64,000 nt of DNA, from NCBI RefSeq assembly GCF_009914755.1, contig NC_060943.1. One strand, given 5' to 3'. The DNA comes from the human T2T-CHM13v2.0 reference genome, Homo sapiens. How positions within the stretch are numbered: position 1 is the stretch's first letter; the number at the start of each line of letters is the position of its first letter. The notes under the pieces are model-generated. The model was not told the DNA's origin, did no database searches, and was given only the letters and a program-made list of their open reading frames with translations. This document shows positions 51,919-64,000 of this stretch, piece after piece. A program made the position numbers and the translations under genes.

Positions 51919-51952
51919 CTGCAACATCCCGGTTGTCCATCTTGAGACTCAT
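51919..51952 (-). CDS. SUGP1: SUGP1 exon 1 coding part (MSLKMDNRDVA)
   Basis: ATG at 51952-51950; GTAACA donor; 34 nt, in phase with exon 2. Confidence 0.93.
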
Positions 51953-52315
51953 CCAATCCCACAATGCTCCGGCGCCCCTTAAGGGGCCCTGTTATAGTGT
52001 GCATCGCCTGATGGGAGATGTAGTCCGCCTCGGTCAGACTCGCCCTATTACTGCGTGAACGACTGGGTTGTTTTTTTTTTAACCTCCAGAAACGGAAGCC
52101 TCAGCCTATCAGCGATGCCTAAGTCCCAGTCACGATAACCAAACGGCGTCGCCCTTTTACACCTTCCCGGAGCGGCAGTCATCCCAAATACAAACTACAT
52201 GTTCCAGGATGCTTTGGGCGGCAGATCTCGCGGAAGCCGCGAGGAGAGCCCGGCCCCGTCTCGCGCGCCTGCTTCCGCCTCCCTGTGGCGGCGGCTTGTT
52301 GTTGTGGAGGCCAAA

Positions 52316-52591
52316 ATGGCGGCTCAGGCGGCGGCAGCGGCCCAGGCGGCGGCGGCCCAGGCTGCGCAGGCCGAGGCGGCCGACTCGTGGTACCTGGCGC
52401 TTCTGGGCTTCGCTGAGCACTTCCGCACTTCCAGCCCGCCCAAAATCCGCCTGTGCGTGCACTGCCTGCAGGCCGTGTTCCCCTTCAAGCCGCCGCAGCG
52501 CATCGAGGCCCGTACACACCTGCAGCTGGGCTCCGTTCTCTATCACCACACCAAGAACAGCGAGCAGGCGCGCAGCCACCTGGAGAAGGCG
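52316..52591 (+). CDS. MAU2: MAU2 (cohesin loader subunit, SCC4 homologue) exon 1, codons 1-92
   Basis: [10 protein letters not shown]...[29 protein letters not shown]...HLEKA; GTGAGC donor at 52592; no later exon recognised in the window. Confidence 0.97.
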
Positions 52592-53448
52592 GTGAGCGCG
52601 GGCCGGGCCTCGAGGGAGGAGTCGCGGGCTCCTTGCAAGATCTGGGCTGACGGGTCGCGACCGCGGCGGGTGGGGGGCCGCTCCTCGGCGACCTGGGGGC
52701 GCGACCTCCGTCAAAGCCGCAGGACCCCCACCCGCCTCTGCCGGACCCCAAAGCCACCAGCCTCTCAAGGGACACGAAAGCCTCGCCCCCCACGCCTTAT
52801 TTCCCGTTTCTGGTGACAGGGCTCCAGGAGCCCCGTCACCGTACTCTGAAAGTTGCCTGTTATTGGGAGCAACAGGATCCGCAAATCGTCTGGTTTTCAG
52901 GAGGATCCCACCTGTTGGTGGCGATGGGGACATCACAGGGTCCTGAAGCTATTAGCTCCTCCTGGTTCAGCTTCCGGAGCATCAGCCCCAAACGCTTCCA
53001 CCTAAAGTGACTTGGGGTAGGGGTTGGCGAAGGCGAGACCCCTGGCATTCTCCCGGGAATCTGAAGTCTGGTCTCTCAGGAACCTGGAAGGGCATGATTC
53101 TCCTTGGACACAGAAGTTTGGTAATCGTGGTTTTTGGAGGGTCTTGTGCCCCCATCAATAATGCCTGGTGTCGTACGAGGGAAGCTGAGACCCGGAGTCT
53201 GGAGTTGGTCATTTGAGGCCTATGAGGAGGAGAAACAGGGGTTCTGGATTCCAGGCCCCGCTGTTCAGTTTCAGTATTAGGGGAACTAAAAGCAGCTCCT
53301 GCTTTTTCTCCATCCACTGGTGACTTCTACCATCCATCAGTCCATCCTCTTCCGTCAGAGTGAGTCCCTCCCCTGACCCAACTTGATTTGTGTCATCTTG
53401 GTGCCTCAAAGAATGCGGGAGAGTGGCTGTCATTCTGCCCTTTAGTAA

Positions 53449-63890
<10,442 letters not shown>

Positions 63891-64000
63891 CAAAAAGAGG
63901 GGCTTTATCTAATGTCCTCTGTTTGTATGTATTTGAAGTGGGCGATAAAGCTACATGGGAAACGGATGTTAAAAAGCGCTAGGATGTAATTTCTCCAGTG

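Larger units (their letters stand above)
51500..52800. promoter_or_regulatory. CpG-island bidirectional promoter shared by SUGP1 and MAU2
   Basis: CpG-rich; divergent ATGs 364 bp apart; ACTACA-type motifs at 52012-52024 (-) and 52194-52212 (+); ETS CGGAAG at 52093 and 52231; YY1-like AAAATGGCGGC at 52313. Confidence 0.9.

Noticed and set aside
52157-52936. 259-aa minus-strand ORF antisense to MAU2 exon 1
   Set aside because: GC-rich shadow frame of a real exon and CpG island; low-complexity R/G/P/A composition, no recognisable domain

Overview
Human (primate, Alu-dense) genomic DNA, recognised from the encoded proteins as the TM6SF2-SUGP1-MAU2 lipid/NAFLD locus on chr19p13.11. It contains TM6SF2 coding exons 1-6 (minus strand, codons 1-203; the rest lies left of the window). 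It also contains the complete 14-exon SUGP1 gene (minus strand; my exon joins give an open 645-codon frame with GT-AG introns throughout) and MAU2 exon 1 (plus strand, 92 codons). SUGP1 and MAU2 sit head-to-head on a CpG-island bidirectional promoter. Introns are filled with Alus, a fragmented L1M, a Tigger2 nested in a Tigger3a-like element, and L2/MIR remnants. No prokaryotic-type system, CRISPR array or RNA gene is supportable. Main observations: (1) a ~90%-identical, atypical 3' splice-site module precedes both SURP-domain exons (5 and 7) of SUGP1, although the exons themselves are strongly diverged; this is a candidate autoregulatory splicing sensor or a gene-conversion tract. (2) TM6SF2 codon 139 reads AAG (Lys) where I recall Asn in the reference, while E167 and L156 are reference. 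(3) An Alu with an internal fold-back lies next to the E167 exon. (4) A small polyadenylated insert sits inside the L1. Repeat boundaries and subfamilies are by eye and approximate.
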